DNA of 64,000 nt from Callorhinchus milii. Lineage: Eukaryota. Every line of letters begins with the position of its first letter. Position 1 is the stretch's first letter. The stretch spans positions 38,442,001 to 38,506,000 of the forward strand of contig NW_024704742.1 in NCBI RefSeq assembly GCF_018977255.1, read 5' to 3'. The notes beneath the pieces were generated by a model. It did no database searches. It worked only from the letters and a program-made list of their open reading frames with translations, and was not told the origin of the DNA. Below, one piece after another: positions 62,922-64,000 of the stretch. Both the position numbers and the translations under genes were made by a program.

Positions 62922-64000
62922 TGATGTGTGTGTGTGTGTGTGTGAGAGAGTGATGTGTGTTCGTGTGTGTGTGTGTGTGTGTGAGAGTGATGTGTGTGTG
63001 TGTGAGTGTGTGAGAGAGTGATGTGGTGTGTGTGTGTGTGTGTGTGAGAGAGAGTGATGTGGTGTGTGTGTGTGAGAGAGTGATGTGGTGTGTGTGTGTG
63101 AGAGAGTGATGTGGTGGTGTGTGTGTGTGTGTGTGTGAGAGTGATGTGGTGTGTGTGTGTGTGAGAGTGATGTGGTTGGTGTGTGTGTGTGAGTGAGTGA
63201 TGTGTTTGGTGTGTGTGTGTGTGTGTGAGTGTGTGTGAGAGTGATGTGGTGTGTGTGTGTGTGAGAGTGTGTGTGAGAGTGATGTGGTGTGTGTGTGTGT
63301 GAGTGTGTGTGAGAGTGATGTGTGTGTGTGAGTGTGTGTGAGAGTGATGTGGTGTGTGTGTGTGTGTGTGAGAGTGATGTGGTGTGTGTGTGAGTGTGTG
63401 TGAGAGTGATGTGGTGTGTGTGTGTGTGAGTGAGAGTGATGTGGTGTGTGTGTGTGTGTGTGAGTGTGTGAGAGTGATGTGGTGGTGTGTGTGAGAGTGA
63501 TGTGGTGTGTGTGGTGGTGTGAGAGTGTGTGTGAGAGTGATGTGGTTGGTGTGTGTGTGTGTGAGAGTGATGTGGTTGGTGTGTGTGTGTGAGAGTGATG
63601 TGGTGTGTGTGTGAGTGTGTGTGAGAGTGATGTGGTTGGTGTGTGTGTGTGAGAGTGATGTGGTGTGTGTGTGTGTGTGAGAGTGATGTGGTGTGTGGTT
63701 GGTGTGGTGTGTGAGAGTGATGTGGTGTGTGTGTGAGTGTGTGTGAGTGATGTGGTGTGTGTGTGTGTGTGAGAGTGATGTGGTTGGTGTGTGTGTGTGA
63801 GAGTGTGTGTGAGAGTGATGTGGTGTGTGTGTGCGTGAGTGTGTGAGTGATGTGGTGTGTGTGTGTGTGAGTGTGTGTGAGAGTGATGTGGTTGGTGTGT
63901 GTGTGTGTGTGAGTGAGTGAGAGTGATGTGGTGTGTGTGTGAGTGTGTGTGAGAGTGATGTGGTGTGTGTGTGTGTGGTGTGTGGTGGTGATGTGGTGTG
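55838..64000. repeat. Compound satellite: (GA)nGTGATGTG(GTTG)G(TG)n array, >8 kb, runs off the window
   Basis: Hundreds of AGTGATGTGG cores separated by variable (TG)n; interrupted once by an L2 tail. Confidence 0.97.
56657..56948 (+). mobile_element. L2 LINE 3' end inserted in the satellite
   Basis: tccttcaaggccggtctcaaaacttttctctttgaccgagcc...cagcgccttgggacgtcctcctgacgtgaaaggcgctttataaatgga...(ttg)n. Confidence 0.85.

Noticed and set aside
55860..64000. CRISPR-like or telomeric array
   Set aside because: Spacers are only variable (TG)n, there is no TTAGGG, and the context is eukaryotic.

Overview
Vertebrate genomic DNA, most likely from a cartilaginous fish (chimaera/shark-type CR1, L2, tRNA-SINE and Penelope-like repeats; the taxon is inferred). 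Bases 225-37090 (+) hold 27 coding exons of SEC31A, the COPII outer-coat protein. The first coding exon lies upstream of the window. The exons read in one continuous frame to ...ANKLGV*, with a poly(A) signal at 37708. The proline-rich region carries two frame-preserving cassette exons (90 nt and 39 nt) and a pair of competing in-frame 5' splice sites. The most unusual object is a full-length but disabled antisense copy of LSM10 (U7 snRNP protein) at 27844-28198. It is fused directly to the 3' half of a SINE that shares its tail with the local L2 LINE, which suggests an mRNA mobilised through a borrowed SINE tail. Downstream of the gene are a fold-back element with a degenerate minimal hammerhead ribozyme, a near full-length CR1 LINE, and fossils of a hAT transposase, an R4/Dong endonuclease and L2 RT. 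The window ends in >8 kb of compound (GT)n satellite whose stepwise origin can be read at its left edge. Protein identifications come from manual translation compared with remembered family sequences; no searches were run.
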